Positions 44,562 to 57,910 are shown, numbered from the stretch's first letter. The stretch is 64,000 nucleotides of DNA from Nannocystis bainbridge (GCF_028368995.1 NZ_JAQNDL010000004.1:256001-320000), one strand, 5' to 3'. The notes: generated by a model not told the origin, from the sequence alone. A program made the numbers and translations.

Positions 44562-46013
44562 ATGACCGCCACGATCCACCGCACCTGGAAGTCACTCCTC
44601 CCGCCCGACGACGCGCACCCGTACCGCACCGGCGCCTGGCGGCCGCAGTGCAACGAGTGGGACGCCGACGACCTCGAGGTGGTGGCGGGCGCCATTCCGC
44701 ACGACCTCGCCGGGCTCTACGTGCGCAACACCGAGAACCCGCTGGTGCCCGCGTTCGAGCGCTACCACCCGTTCGACGGCGACGGCATGCTGCACGCGAT
44801 CCGCTTCGCCGGCGGGCGCGCCCGCTACCGCAACCGCATGGTGCCGACGCGGGCGCTGGCGCAGGAGCTCGCGGCCGGCGGGCCGCAGTACGCCGGCATC
44901 GCCGAGGATCCGCGGCTGTCGCAGCACCCGGGCTGGGGCGCGCGCGGCGGGATGAAGGACGCCTCGAGCACCGACGTGATCGTCCACCGCGGGCGCGTGC
45001 TTTCGACGCATTACCAGTGCGGCGACGCCTATGCGTTCGACGCCGAGACGCTGGCGCCGCTCGGCGCCGAGCCGTGGGTGCCGCAGGACACCGGGGTCTC
45101 GGCGCACCCGAAGGTGTGCGCACGGACCGGCGAGCTGCACTACTTCCGCTACGGCAAGGCCGCGCCGTACCTGCATTACGGGGTCGTCGACGGCCGCGGC
45201 GAGCGGGTGCACGACGTGGCGATCCCGCTGCCGGGCCCGCGCCTGCCGCACGACATGGCGCTGTCGCAGCGGTTCGTGGTGTTCAACGATTTCCCGATCT
45301 TCTGGGACCCGGCGCTGCTGGCCCGCGGGATCCACCGGCCGCGCTGGGACCCGTCGATGCCGTCGCGCTTCGCCGTGCTGCCGCGCCGCGGCAACACCGA
45401 CGAGGTGCGGTGGTTCGAGGCGGCCGCGACCTACGCGCTGCACTTCACCAACGCGTTCGAGGCCGGCGACGAGCTGGTGCTCGACGGCTACGCCCAGCGC
45501 GACCCGATGCCGCGCCCGCAGCCGGAGCTGCACGGCGAGCACGCCTGGCTCATGCGCCAGGTCGACCTCGCCAGCCTGCGCCCGTCGCTGCGCCGCTGGC
45601 GGATGAACCTGATCACCGGGGCCTGCCGCGAGGAGGACCTGTCGCCGACGCTGACCGAGTTCCCGACGATCGACCCACGCGCGGCCGGGGTCCGCAACCG
45701 CCACGTGTGGTCGATGACGGCCCGGCCCGGGTGGTTCCTGTTCGACGGCATCCTCCACACGGATCTCGAGACGGGCACGGAGCGCCGCTTCGGCTTCGAG
45801 GAGGGGGTCTACGCCAGCGAGGTCGCGGTGGCGCCGCGCGGCGCGGGCGAGGAGGGCGAGGCGTGGGTGGTGACGTTCGTCAGCGATACGGTCCGCGATG
45901 TGTCGGAGTGCTGGATCTTCGCGGCGAAGGACATCGCGGCCGGGCCGGTGGCGCGCGTGCGCCTGCCGGAGCGGATCGCCAGCGGGACGCACGCGGCGTG
46001 GTGCCCGATGTGA
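44562..46013 (+). CDS. carotenoid cleavage oxygenase family (RPE65/CCD/LSD-like)
   Basis: HPFDGDGM; four Fe-ligand His in SAHPK, PHDM, LHFTN, GTHAAW; EFP. Confidence 0.92.
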   Translation: MTATIHRTWKSLLPPDDAHPYRTGAWRPQCNEWDADDLEVVAGAIPHDLAGLYVRNTENPLVPAFERYHPFDGDGMLHAIRFAGGRARYRNRMVPTRALAQELAAGGPQYAGIAEDPRLSQHPGWGARGGMKDASSTDVIVHRGRVLSTHYQCGDAYAFDAETLAPLGAEPWVPQDTGVSAHPKVCARTGELHYFRYGKAAPYLHYGVVDGRGERVHDVAIPLPGPRLPHDMALSQRFVVFNDFPIFWDPALLARGIHRPRWDPSMPSRFAVLPRRGNTDEVRWFEAAATYALHFTNAFEAGDELVLDGYAQRDPMPRPQPELHGEHAWLMRQVDLASLRPSLRRWRMNLITGACREEDLSPTLTEFPTIDPRAAGVRNRHVWSMTARPGWFLFDGILHTDLETGTERRFGFEEGVYASEVAVAPRGAGEEGEAWVVTFVSDTVRDVSECWIFAAKDIAAGPVARVRLPERIASGTHAAWCPM

Positions 46014-46102
46014 CGCGGCGATGAAGAGCGAGCGGTGACGCGGACGGGCGTCGAACTCGAGCGGTGGTTGCGACGAGCGACCCGAGCGAGCGGGTGACGC
46101 CG

Positions 46103-46966
46103 TCAGCGCTCCTGCGGCAGGTCGGGGCGCGCGCTCCACTCGTTCCACGAGCCGTCGTACACGCGCACGTCGGCGTGGCCGAGCGCCCGCAGCACCAGCC
46201 AGGTCACGCTCGCGCGCATGCCCGAGGCGCAGTACACCGCGACCGTCGGGCTCGTCAGCGCCCGCGCGTACAGCTCGCGCAGTTCGGCGTCGGATCGCAG
46301 GCGGCCATCGCTCGCGCGCGCCGCTTGCCACGGCAGGTGCTGCGCGCCGGGGATCCGTCCGGCCGCCCACTCGTCGTCGCCGCGGACGTCGAGCAGCAGC
46401 ACTTTCGGGTCGCCCAGGTGCGCATTCATCCACGCCGCGTCGACGCGCAGCGCTGGCTCCTCCGCGCCGAGCGGCGCGTCCCCGGGCTGCGGCGCGCCGG
46501 GGTCCGAGCTCTGCGGCGCGCCGGCGGCGACCCACGCGGCCCAGCCGCCGTCGAGCACGTGCAGCCGCTCCGGCGCGTGCCCGAACGACTGCAGCGTCCA
46601 CACCAGCCGCGCCGCCGACGGGCCAGCGTCGGCGTCGATGACGAAGACCTCGTCGCCGATGTCGATGCCCACCGCGCGCAGCGATGCCTCGAGCTGCGGA
46701 CGCGGGGCGCGCTGACCCTTGACGCCGTCGACCTCCGCCCGCAGCGCGGCGACTTCGAGGTGCACGGCCCCGGGCGCGTGTCCCGAGCGATAGGCGTCGG
46801 CAGGTCGCAGATCGACGAGCACGTGGGTGGCGTCGGGGCGCACGCCGCGGACCTCGTCGACCTGCACGAAGGCCGAGGTCCCCGACGCCGCCGGCTCGAC
46901 GGCGTCCGGGGGGCCGGCGGCGCAGCTCACGAGAGAGACGGCGAGGACGAGCGAGGCAGGCCGCAT
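46103..46966 (-). CDS. tandem-domain rhodanese/sulfurtransferase lipoprotein
   Basis: LVSC lipobox; GHAPGA, LDGGWAAW, GRIPGA, YCASGMRA, YDGSWNEW. Confidence 0.9.
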   Translation of the reverse strand: MRPASLVLAVSLVSCAAGPPDAVEPAASGTSAFVQVDEVRGVRPDATHVLVDLRPADAYRSGHAPGAVHLEVAALRAEVDGVKGQRAPRPQLEASLRAVGIDIGDEVFVIDADAGPSAARLVWTLQSFGHAPERLHVLDGGWAAWVAAGAPQSSDPGAPQPGDAPLGAEEPALRVDAAWMNAHLGDPKVLLLDVRGDDEWAAGRIPGAQHLPWQAARASDGRLRSDAELRELYARALTSPTVAVYCASGMRASVTWLVLRALGHADVRVYDGSWNEWSARPDLPQER

Positions 46967-47060
46967 GCTCGCAGTCTTGCATGTTTTGAGTCCAGCCGTC
47001 GGCGGCCGCTGCCGCTCGTGGCGCAGTCGCAAAACACGAAGGTCCCGGGGCACCGTCGAG

Positions 47061-48758
47061 TCAGGGCATGAGGTCGAGCAGTGAAGCGGGACGCAGCGCC
47101 TCGAGCTCGTGGGCATCGAGCGCTCGCTCCCATAGCTGCATCAAGCCCATGTCGCCGGCGAGCGACCACGACCACGGCGCTCGGAGGTGGTCCTCGTCGT
47201 CGAGCCAGCGGGGCGCGAGGTCGGTGCGCGCGCTCGAGGCCTCGATGCCTTGAAGCTCTCCGTCGAGCCACAACTCGAGCGCCGCGTCGCCGTCGTCGCC
47301 GAAGCGGCGGACCAGCGTGACGTTGTGCCAGCGCGAGTCCAGCACGCCGCCCTCGTGAGGCGCAGGAGCTTCGACGGACCAGGCCCGGCCGGGCCCGGCA
47401 TCCGCCCCGTCCTCGACGATCCAGCGCAAGCCTCCGTCGACCGTGACGAGCACGGCGAAGCGAGGGGCATCGCCGCACGCCCCGCTGGCGTCGGCGAGGA
47501 GCGGCTGTTCGTCGCGCCACCAGCAGTCGTCGGCGTACGGCTCGACGGGCCGCGAGAGCGTCGGCGGATCGATCGCCTCGAACCGAAGGTTGAGAGAAAA
47601 GCTGAACTCGCCGAGGCGCGTGCCCTCCGGCAATCGCACCGTGCTGGCGCATGGTTCGTCCCAGCGCGTGCAGTCATGCGCCGATCTCGGCTGCTCTTTG
47701 GCGAAGGATTGATTCTCTTCCATGAGAATGAATCCGACCTCCGGGATCGGTGTGCCGACCTGGGGTTCGCCGTCGACGGTGGGGGGCGCCGGCTTGGCGT
47801 TGGGCGGCGAAGGGGCGCCCAGGGGCGCCTGGAGGTTGAACTTCGTCTCGGCCCGGGACGGCGCGGTGGTTCGCACGGGGGAAGGTGGCGCGCGAGCGAC
47901 GTGCGAGGCGACCGAGGTCCCGGTGCCGGAGCACCGATCGAGGGCGCACAGCTTGAAGGCCGCGCCTTCGAAGAGGAGCCGTTGCTCCGGGTCACCGCGC
48001 AAGAAATGATCGAGGAAGACGTGGCGCGCAGCGTCGCCGCTGTCGAGGTCGGCAGGGAACGTCACGAGCTCCGCCCGATTCCGCGGGCGCTTCGACGTGA
48101 CGATGAGCTCGAGCGACTGCTCCTGCGAAGCCGCGTGGACCTCGGGATGCGCGCAAGCTGCCTCGGGCGGCCGCGGAGGCAGAGGGACCGCGGGCATGGT
48201 CGCCTGGGGAGCTTCCGCTCGCTGGTTCGCGGTCGTCCCCGTCGAAGCCGGGACCATCGCGGCCGCAAGCATCACCGGCGGCGGTGGGGCGAGCAACGCC
48301 TGGATGACCCCGCCTGCGACGTGGGCGACGGCGCCGAGCCCGACCGCGAACATCCCGACCACGAGCAGCGAGGTCGACGTGTGAGTCCGGGGGAGCGGCG
48401 CAGGCCTCATGCGGCTCGACCTCCGGGAGCGCGTGGACGCGGCGGACGAGGGGGAGAGCTGGATCTCGAAGCGTCGCGCGACGGCAGCGATGGCCGTGAA
48501 CTGTCGCGGCCGCATGCGGAGCAGCTCTTCGAACAGCTCGCGGTCGACACCCCGGTGGTGGATCAGCGTGATGAGCTGACCGGCGACGCTGCTCACGCTC
48601 CCCCGACCGAGCGCGTGCGCGAGGTCGTCGTCTCCGCAGCGCTCCGCGAGCGCGCGAGCCATTCGATGCAGGTCTTGCGAAGCGAGGGTGGCACACAGCA
48701 GTCGCCGCAGCGCTTCGTCACGCGGCCGGGTCGGCGCTCCGGGGGCAGAGTCCTGCAT
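47061..48758 (-). CDS. EAD/Death-like N-domain - TM - Pro-rich linker - LamG-like C-domain protein
   Basis: N-terminal helical LITLIHHRG..ELFEELLRMRP; TM LLVVGMFAVGLGAVA; WHNVTLVR...LWLDG...QLWERAL LamG pattern; codon usage looks less GC3-biased than neighbours. Confidence 0.62.
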   Translation of the reverse strand: MQDSAPGAPTRPRDEALRRLLCATLASQDLHRMARALAERCGDDDLAHALGRGSVSSVAGQLITLIHHRGVDRELFEELLRMRPRQFTAIAAVARRFEIQLSPSSAASTRSRRSSRMRPAPLPRTHTSTSLLVVGMFAVGLGAVAHVAGGVIQALLAPPPPVMLAAAMVPASTGTTANQRAEAPQATMPAVPLPPRPPEAACAHPEVHAASQEQSLELIVTSKRPRNRAELVTFPADLDSGDAARHVFLDHFLRGDPEQRLLFEGAAFKLCALDRCSGTGTSVASHVARAPPSPVRTTAPSRAETKFNLQAPLGAPSPPNAKPAPPTVDGEPQVGTPIPEVGFILMEENQSFAKEQPRSAHDCTRWDEPCASTVRLPEGTRLGEFSFSLNLRFEAIDPPTLSRPVEPYADDCWWRDEQPLLADASGACGDAPRFAVLVTVDGGLRWIVEDGADAGPGRAWSVEAPAPHEGGVLDSRWHNVTLVRRFGDDGDAALELWLDGELQGIEASSARTDLAPRWLDDEDHLRAPWSWSLAGDMGLMQLWERALDAHELEALRPASLLDLMP

Positions 48759-49324
48759 CACTCCGGCATATAGAAAGCCCCGCAAATCAGCAATGGGTGC
48801 AATGCTCCTGTCATGCGAACGGAGTTATCGTCGGTATCGGCTTTTGTATGCGCACGTGCTGCAATCTTCGAATGAGGGAACTGAAGGCATGCACAGGGTT
48901 ACCGGGTGGTTGCATGCGATGCACGAAAGATGCACGACCGCTCGAATCCTGCCACCACGACGCAATTCGGAAGCGCAGAAGCTGCGCATGGTTTGAGTCG
49001 CCGAGAAACGGCGGGACCGAACCCATACGCGCCTCGACCGCCCGATAGGGCGTTCCGAGGAAATCGGAGGAGTCCATGCGGCGCGCGCCGCGGCGACGCG
49101 TCCGGCAGTCGAGAAGGTCAGGTGCTTCGCCATATCGAGTCGACAGTGGGGGAGCGCGGCGCGCGAGCGCGGGCTGTGGACCGCAGCCTCGGTCGCCGGG
49201 CTGTAATTCGCCGGTAAGGATCAACCGGCCGCGCGCGAACCACTCATGGCTCGGGCCGCGACGATGGCCCGGCGCTCGGCACGGGCGTCGGGTCGTCCCT
49301 GCGCCCGGAAAGTCACGACCTGAC

Positions 49325-52099
49325 ATGACCCGTCTCATCGTCTCCAAGCTCCTCCCTCGCATCGCCTTGCTCTCCACTTCGCTCGCCATCGGCTGCGACG
49401 AGCCCGAGGCCGGCGAGACCGCCGATCTCGCCGCCGACCTGCAGGAGTTCGTCGTCGGCGCGCCGGTGGAGGTCTCGCTCGCCCCGGCCGACGCCTCGCC
49501 GATCACCCTCATCACATGTCCCGAAGGACAGGCATGCGGCGCCGAGCTGCCGGCGCCGGCCGCCACCTTCGTCACCCCGCAGATCGACGCGCGCCCCGAC
49601 CTGCGTGCGCGGGTCGGTTACGCCGCGCGCAAGCGCGTGCTCGCGGTCGCCGACCTCGGCGAGCGGTTCAAGAACGCTATCGACATCAAGTTCGTCGAGG
49701 GCAGCGGGGTTCAGGCCCGCGGCGGCGCGCTGGTCCTCGATTCCGCGGCGCCCGCCGCGAGTCGGGCCGGCCTCGCCGAGGTCCAGCGGCTGCTCGACGG
49801 CCAGGCCCGCGCCGCCGCGGTCGCCATGCACACCGTCGATCCCGAGCTGCTGCGCGCGTGGAAACGCGACGGCGAGCGGGCCACCGGCGAGGAGCTGCCC
49901 GACCTCACCTTGTGGCAGCAACTGTTCGTCGAGGCCGCCGACGATCGCGCCTTCGTGGCGCTGATCAACGACCTCAATCGGCTGCCGATCGTCGAGCTGG
50001 CGAGCGCCACGCCGTTGCCGGCGGCGCCGCCCGGGCTGGCCGGGGAGGCCGCCGAGGCGTTCGCCGCCGCGGCGCGCGAGCACGATCGGCTGCCGTGGCC
50101 CGACGCCGAGCGCTTCACCGCGAAGATCGGCAGCACCACCGCCGCCGTCGGGCCCGGGCTCGTCGATCCGACCCCGCCGACAGCGCTGCTCGCGGACGAC
50201 GACGACGCGACGCGCAGCGGCCACGCCGGCGCGCCCGCGACGCTCGCCGCTCCCGGAGCCGATCCGAGCGCGGTCGTCGGCGACTACCGACCGCTGCAGA
50301 CGTACACCGTCTCGGCGCCGTTCGGGATGGACTTCGACTATCTGCGCAGCTCGTTCTGGAACGCCTGGGGCAACGGCTGGGGCTACACCGACGTCGAGTT
50401 CAACTGGAACCGCAACCACGCCGATCTCGGGGCGATCGCCGGCAATGAGGTGCTCGCCAACTTGGTGCCGACGCGGGTGTGGAGCGGCTGGCAGAACGTC
50501 GTCGATCACGGCACCGGCGTGGTCGGCATCCTCAGCAGCACCGACGACGCCGTCGGCACCACCGGCCTGGTCCCGAGCGCGACCGTGCGGCTGTCGACCG
50601 AGGAGAACGTGTGGGGCTGGAACCGCGTCGCCTCGATCACCGCCGCCGCGGCGCAGTTCTGGCCGGGCGCGGTCATCCTGCTCGAGATGCAGACGAGCGC
50701 CGGCTTCGACTGCAACTTCAACGGCGCGGCCGACGGCAACGACCTCGTGCCCGCCGAGTGGGACCCCGCGGTCAAGGACGCCATCCGCACCGCCGTCGCC
50801 AACGGGCGGATCGTCGTCGAGGCCGCCGGTAACGGCGATGGTTGCGACATCGGCCACTTCGGCTTCAGCGGCGCCTTCTCGGCCACCGATCCGGCCCAGG
50901 ACTCGGGCGCGATCATCGTCGGCGCCGGCGTGCCGAGCACGCGCGCGCCCGAGGGCTTCAGCACCACCGGCGCGCGCGTCGACGTCCAGGGTCAGGGCTC
51001 GGGCATCGTCACCACCGGCTACGGCTCGCTGCACAACAGCGACGGCTACGACCGCGAGTACGCCAACGGCTTCAACGGCACCTCGGGCGCCTCGCCGATG
51101 ATCACCGGCGTCGCGGTCGCGCTGTCGGGCGTGCTCAACTTCCAGTTCGGCTCGACCTTCGCGCCGCGCGAGCTGCGGGCGCTGCTGCGCCGCGTGGGCA
51201 CGCCCCAGGGCCCCGGCGCGCACATCGGCCCGCGGCCCGACCTGCGACTTCAATCGCAGTACCTCACCGCGCGCCACGTCCAGATCCGCAACTCCGACTT
51301 CGACGGCGACGGCCGCGACGATCTGGTGTCGTGGCGGCCCGAGAACGGCACCTGGTACATCCTGTTCTCTGCCACCGGGCAGACCGCGTCGTACCAGTGG
51401 GGCCTGCTGGGCGACATCCCGGTGCCCGCCAACATGGCCGGCGACGCGCGGGCCGATCTGGTGGTGTTCCGCCCGGCCGACGGCACCTGGCACGTGCGCC
51501 CGTGGGACGCGCCGGCCTACTGGCTGTCGTACGGCCTGAACGGCGACATCCCGGTGCCGATGGATCACGACGGCGACGGCCTCGCCTCGCCGGCGGTGTT
51601 CCGCCAGGCCGTGATGAACGGGACCTCGCTGTCGCGCTGGTACATCCGCACCAGCGCGACCACCTCGACCACGTTCGACTGGGGCGAGCAGGGCGACATC
51701 CCGCTGACCGGCGATTTCGACCTCGACGGCCGCGACGATTTCGCCATCTATCGCGGCAACACCGGGACGTGGTGGATCTATCCGTGGACCGGGCAATGGT
51801 TCACGAAGAGCTGGGGCCTCCGCGGCGACATCCCGCTCGTCGACCGCGTCGCCAGCCGCGACCAGATCGCCGTGTGGCGCCCGAGCAACGGCACGTTCTA
51901 TCGCATGAACCTGCAGACGAGCGCCAATTCGTCGGCGCAGTGGGGCGCCGCCGGCGACCTGCCGCGCCTGGCCGACACCGACGGCAACGGCACCAGCGAA
52001 CGCATCTATTATCACCCGGAGACGGGCGTTTGGTACAACCTCGATCGCTGGACGGGCATCAGCTGGGGCCTGCCCAACGACGTGCCGCTGGCGCGCTGA
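49325..52099 (+). CDS. S8 subtilisin-like protease lipoprotein with C-terminal FG-GAP-like repeats
   Basis: LAIGC lipobox; triad YTDVE, HGTGVVG, GTSGASP; EAAGNG; DFDGDGRDD..WRP..WG..GDIP repeats. Confidence 0.9.
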   Translation: MTRLIVSKLLPRIALLSTSLAIGCDEPEAGETADLAADLQEFVVGAPVEVSLAPADASPITLITCPEGQACGAELPAPAATFVTPQIDARPDLRARVGYAARKRVLAVADLGERFKNAIDIKFVEGSGVQARGGALVLDSAAPAASRAGLAEVQRLLDGQARAAAVAMHTVDPELLRAWKRDGERATGEELPDLTLWQQLFVEAADDRAFVALINDLNRLPIVELASATPLPAAPPGLAGEAAEAFAAAAREHDRLPWPDAERFTAKIGSTTAAVGPGLVDPTPPTALLADDDDATRSGHAGAPATLAAPGADPSAVVGDYRPLQTYTVSAPFGMDFDYLRSSFWNAWGNGWGYTDVEFNWNRNHADLGAIAGNEVLANLVPTRVWSGWQNVVDHGTGVVGILSSTDDAVGTTGLVPSATVRLSTEENVWGWNRVASITAAAAQFWPGAVILLEMQTSAGFDCNFNGAADGNDLVPAEWDPAVKDAIRTAVANGRIVVEAAGNGDGCDIGHFGFSGAFSATDPAQDSGAIIVGAGVPSTRAPEGFSTTGARVDVQGQGSGIVTTGYGSLHNSDGYDREYANGFNGTSGASPMITGVAVALSGVLNFQFGSTFAPRELRALLRRVGTPQGPGAHIGPRPDLRLQSQYLTARHVQIRNSDFDGDGRDDLVSWRPENGTWYILFSATGQTASYQWGLLGDIPVPANMAGDARADLVVFRPADGTWHVRPWDAPAYWLSYGLNGDIPVPMDHDGDGLASPAVFRQAVMNGTSLSRWYIRTSATTSTTFDWGEQGDIPLTGDFDLDGRDDFAIYRGNTGTWWIYPWTGQWFTKSWGLRGDIPLVDRVASRDQIAVWRPSNGTFYRMNLQTSANSSAQWGAAGDLPRLADTDGNGTSERIYYHPETGVWYNLDRWTGISWGLPNDVPLAR

Positions 52100-52742
52100 C
52101 GCGACCGCGCCGCTCACACGCATTCGGTTGATTGACGATCCATGACGCATGGGGCCTTGCAGGCGTCATTCACGATGAGCTCCAGCCCGCGCGCGGCAAG
52201 ACGGCCGCGCGCGGGCCCTTGCCATTTGCATTGTCAGCAACAGACATGAGATGCAAGTCGAAGCGGCCGATTTCGTCGTTCGCCGCGGACCTTGCGGGCT
52301 GATGTCTGTTGCAATGTCAGCCACGCCCAGTGGAAGTGCGAGCGCGCATCGCCGCGTCGCGGGGCTCACGGAGATCGCCCGGCGACGTCGGCCGCTGCGC
52401 CCCGCTCACGCTCGAGGAACGTGCCAGCGCTTCGAGGTGCGTGCCCCTCCCTCGAGGCAGGCTCCTGATCTCGGTGCACGAGGAGGGCACCGGGATGGCT
52501 TCGATGACATGGCGTGAAGGACATGTCCAAAAGAACATCACCTGAGCGCCTCGCGGACGCGACAGCGCCGTTCGGCGCGAGCGGCTGCGCGCGGTCGCTC
52601 GCGCCGCCGCCGTCCCTTCGCGGCCGGGGCTTGCGGAACAGCTCGCTGACGGATCTCCGACAGGGGCGTCCCCGCTGACCTCGGTGCGGGCGGGCGTGTT
52701 AGGTTCGCCGCGCATGCGAAGGGCGCAGCGAGGGGGCGGCTG

Positions 52743-53654
52743 ATGGGCGTCTTGCGCGGGCCTGACGGCGACCTCGAGCTGCCCGATCGCTGCCTTGTCG
52801 GCCGCTCGCGCGGCTGCGACCTCGTGCTCGCCGCCCGCGACGTCTCGAGCGAGCACGCGGTGCTGCAGTGGTCGGCGACGCACTGGGAGCTGCGGGACCT
52901 CGGCAGCCGCAACGGCTCGTACGTCGGCGAGGTGCGGCTCGGGCCGGGCGGGCGGGCGCCGCTGGCGGTCGGCGCGGTGCTGCGATTCGGCCGCGAGGCG
53001 GGGCCGTGGCAGCTCGCCTGTGCCGCCGGGCCGCGGGCGCAGGCGGTCGCGCTGGCCGACGGGGCGCGGCGGATCGCCGAGGGCGGCTATCTGGCGCTGC
53101 CGCACGAGACGGAGCCGCGCGCCGCTCTCTACCAGGAGGGCGACGGTCGCTGGTGGCTCGAGCAGGACGGGGCGACGCGGGAGGTCGACGACCGCGCGGT
53201 GATCGAGGCCGGCGGGCTGTGGCGCGTGCACCTGCCGCGGGCGGCCGCCGGCACGTGGGAGGACGGCGCGACGCTGCTGGTGGTCGCGCAGCTGCGCCTG
53301 CGCTTCGCGGTCAGCCGCGACGAGGAGCAGGTCGAGCTGGTGGCCCAGGTCGGCGAGCGCCGCCTCGACCTGCAGGTGCGCGCGCATCATTACCCGCTGC
53401 TGCTGCTGGCGCGTCAGCGGCAGGCCGACGCGGCCGCCGGGGTGGCCGCGGCGGAGCAGGGCTGGCTGCGGCAGGACGACCTGCTGACGATGCTGCGAAT
53501 GAAGGAGGACCACCTGGGCGTCGCCATCCATCGCGCGCGCGCCCAGCTGGCCCGCGCCGGGGTGGCCGACGCCGCGGCGTTGATCGAGCGGCGCCCCGGG
53601 ACGCGGCTGTTGCGGCTCGGAGTGGCGGCGATCGAGGTCGTGCCGCTGGCGTAA
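52743..53654 (+). CDS. FHA-domain protein with putative C-terminal HTH
   Basis: VGRS...VSSEHA...DLGSRNGS FHA motifs; HLGVAIHRARAQL winged-helix-like end. Confidence 0.85.
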   Translation: MGVLRGPDGDLELPDRCLVGRSRGCDLVLAARDVSSEHAVLQWSATHWELRDLGSRNGSYVGEVRLGPGGRAPLAVGAVLRFGREAGPWQLACAAGPRAQAVALADGARRIAEGGYLALPHETEPRAALYQEGDGRWWLEQDGATREVDDRAVIEAGGLWRVHLPRAAAGTWEDGATLLVVAQLRLRFAVSRDEEQVELVAQVGERRLDLQVRAHHYPLLLLARQRQADAAAGVAAAEQGWLRQDDLLTMLRMKEDHLGVAIHRARAQLARAGVADAAALIERRPGTRLLRLGVAAIEVVPLA

Positions 53655-54156
53655 GCGCCAGCGAGCGCGAGCGTGACCCGCGGCACACTCTGCGAACGGC
53701 GGATGGCCGATTGTCGCCAGTTCCGCCGGTGCCAATCAGTGTGGCGACGCACCGGCCGATGCCTCGAGCGCGCACGGCGCCGTCCGCGGCCGTCGTGATT
53801 CGCGGACGTCCGACAGACCTGCTGGACCATGGTCACGTGTCCACCGCGAATCATGCGAGCGTCCGCGCCGGCGGGCCGTGCCGCGAATGTCGGCGCCGCG
53901 GGGCTGCTGCGCGCGCGCTGGCCCTGCGGGGCGTTCCCGAGCAGACGTCGACCGTCTGCGGCGCGTGAGGACAGGAAAAATCGCAAGTCTCTTCGGACAT
54001 GTCCGATCTACCAGGTGCAATGTCACTGGTGACAACGACGCGGACGGTGCACCCGCGAGCGTGAGGTTCGGCGGCGCGCAATTGTCGACGCCCCGCTCCG
54101 CGATCCGCGACGATTGACAGCGAGCGAGCGCCGACCCTACGGTCCGACTCGTAGCC

Positions 54157-54945
54157 GTGGCAATCGCTCATGAGGCATCCGGGATGAGGAACGACCAGCG
54201 CGACGAACAAGCGAGGGGCGAGGCGAGGCATTTCGTGCTGGTCCACGGGGCCTGGCACGGGGCCTGGTGCTGGGTGACGACGGCCCGGCTGCTGGCGTCC
54301 CGCGGCCATCGGGTGACCACGCTCGACTTGCCGTCGCACGGCGCCGACGAGACGGCGCCCGCGTCGGTGACGCTGGACCACTACGCCGGGCGGGTGATCG
54401 CGGCGCTCGACGCGATCGAGGGCACGGTCGTGCTGGTCGGTCACAGCATGGGCGGCATCGTGATCTCGACGGTGGCCGAAGCGCGGCCGACGAAGGTCGA
54501 GAAGCTGGTCTATCTGACAGCATTCCTGCTGCCGAACGGCACGTCGCTGCTCGACGTGGCGCTGCAGGACGCCGAGTCGCTGGCGACCTCGAACCTGCGC
54601 GTCCGGGCCGACGAGGGCGTGGTCGACGTCAACCTCGACGCGGTCCAGGAGATCTTCTACGCCGATTGCGAGCGCGCGGACATCGACCGCGCCCGCTCGC
54701 TGCTGAAGCCGAACCCGCTGGCGCCGTTCGCCACGCCGCTGGCCCTGACGGACGCGGGCTACGGCAGCGTGCGCCGCTTCTACGTGTCGTGCGCGCGCGA
54801 CCGGGCGATCTCGCCGGCGCTGCAGCGCTCGATGCTGTCGGCGATGCCGTGCGAGGCGGTCCACGAGCTCCACACCGATCATTCGCCGTTCTTCTCCAAG
54901 CCCGAGCGGCTGCACGACGTGCTGGTGGCGATCGCCCGCTCGTGA
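54157..54945 (+). CDS. alpha/beta hydrolase (methylesterase/SABP2-like)
   Basis: FVLVHGAWHGAWCW, GHSMGG, DRAI, DHSPF; start may be 54184. Confidence 0.9.
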   Translation: MAIAHEASGMRNDQRDEQARGEARHFVLVHGAWHGAWCWVTTARLLASRGHRVTTLDLPSHGADETAPASVTLDHYAGRVIAALDAIEGTVVLVGHSMGGIVISTVAEARPTKVEKLVYLTAFLLPNGTSLLDVALQDAESLATSNLRVRADEGVVDVNLDAVQEIFYADCERADIDRARSLLKPNPLAPFATPLALTDAGYGSVRRFYVSCARDRAISPALQRSMLSAMPCEAVHELHTDHSPFFSKPERLHDVLVAIARS

Positions 54946-55150
54946 GCCGGCGGTGTCGCTGCGCTGCATCGATTCGCAGCGCAGCGCACGACGCGTGTCG
55001 TGATTGACGTGGTGCCATTATTCGCCACGCATGCGGTGATTGTCGCGATGCCATGATTGCCGCCGCGAATGAAGGTCGCGCCGAGGGACCGCGATTCATG
55101 GCATCGCGTCGCGCGGTGATTCGCGCCCTCGCGGGCACCGCCGCGCGTCG

Positions 55151-57910
<2,760 letters not shown>

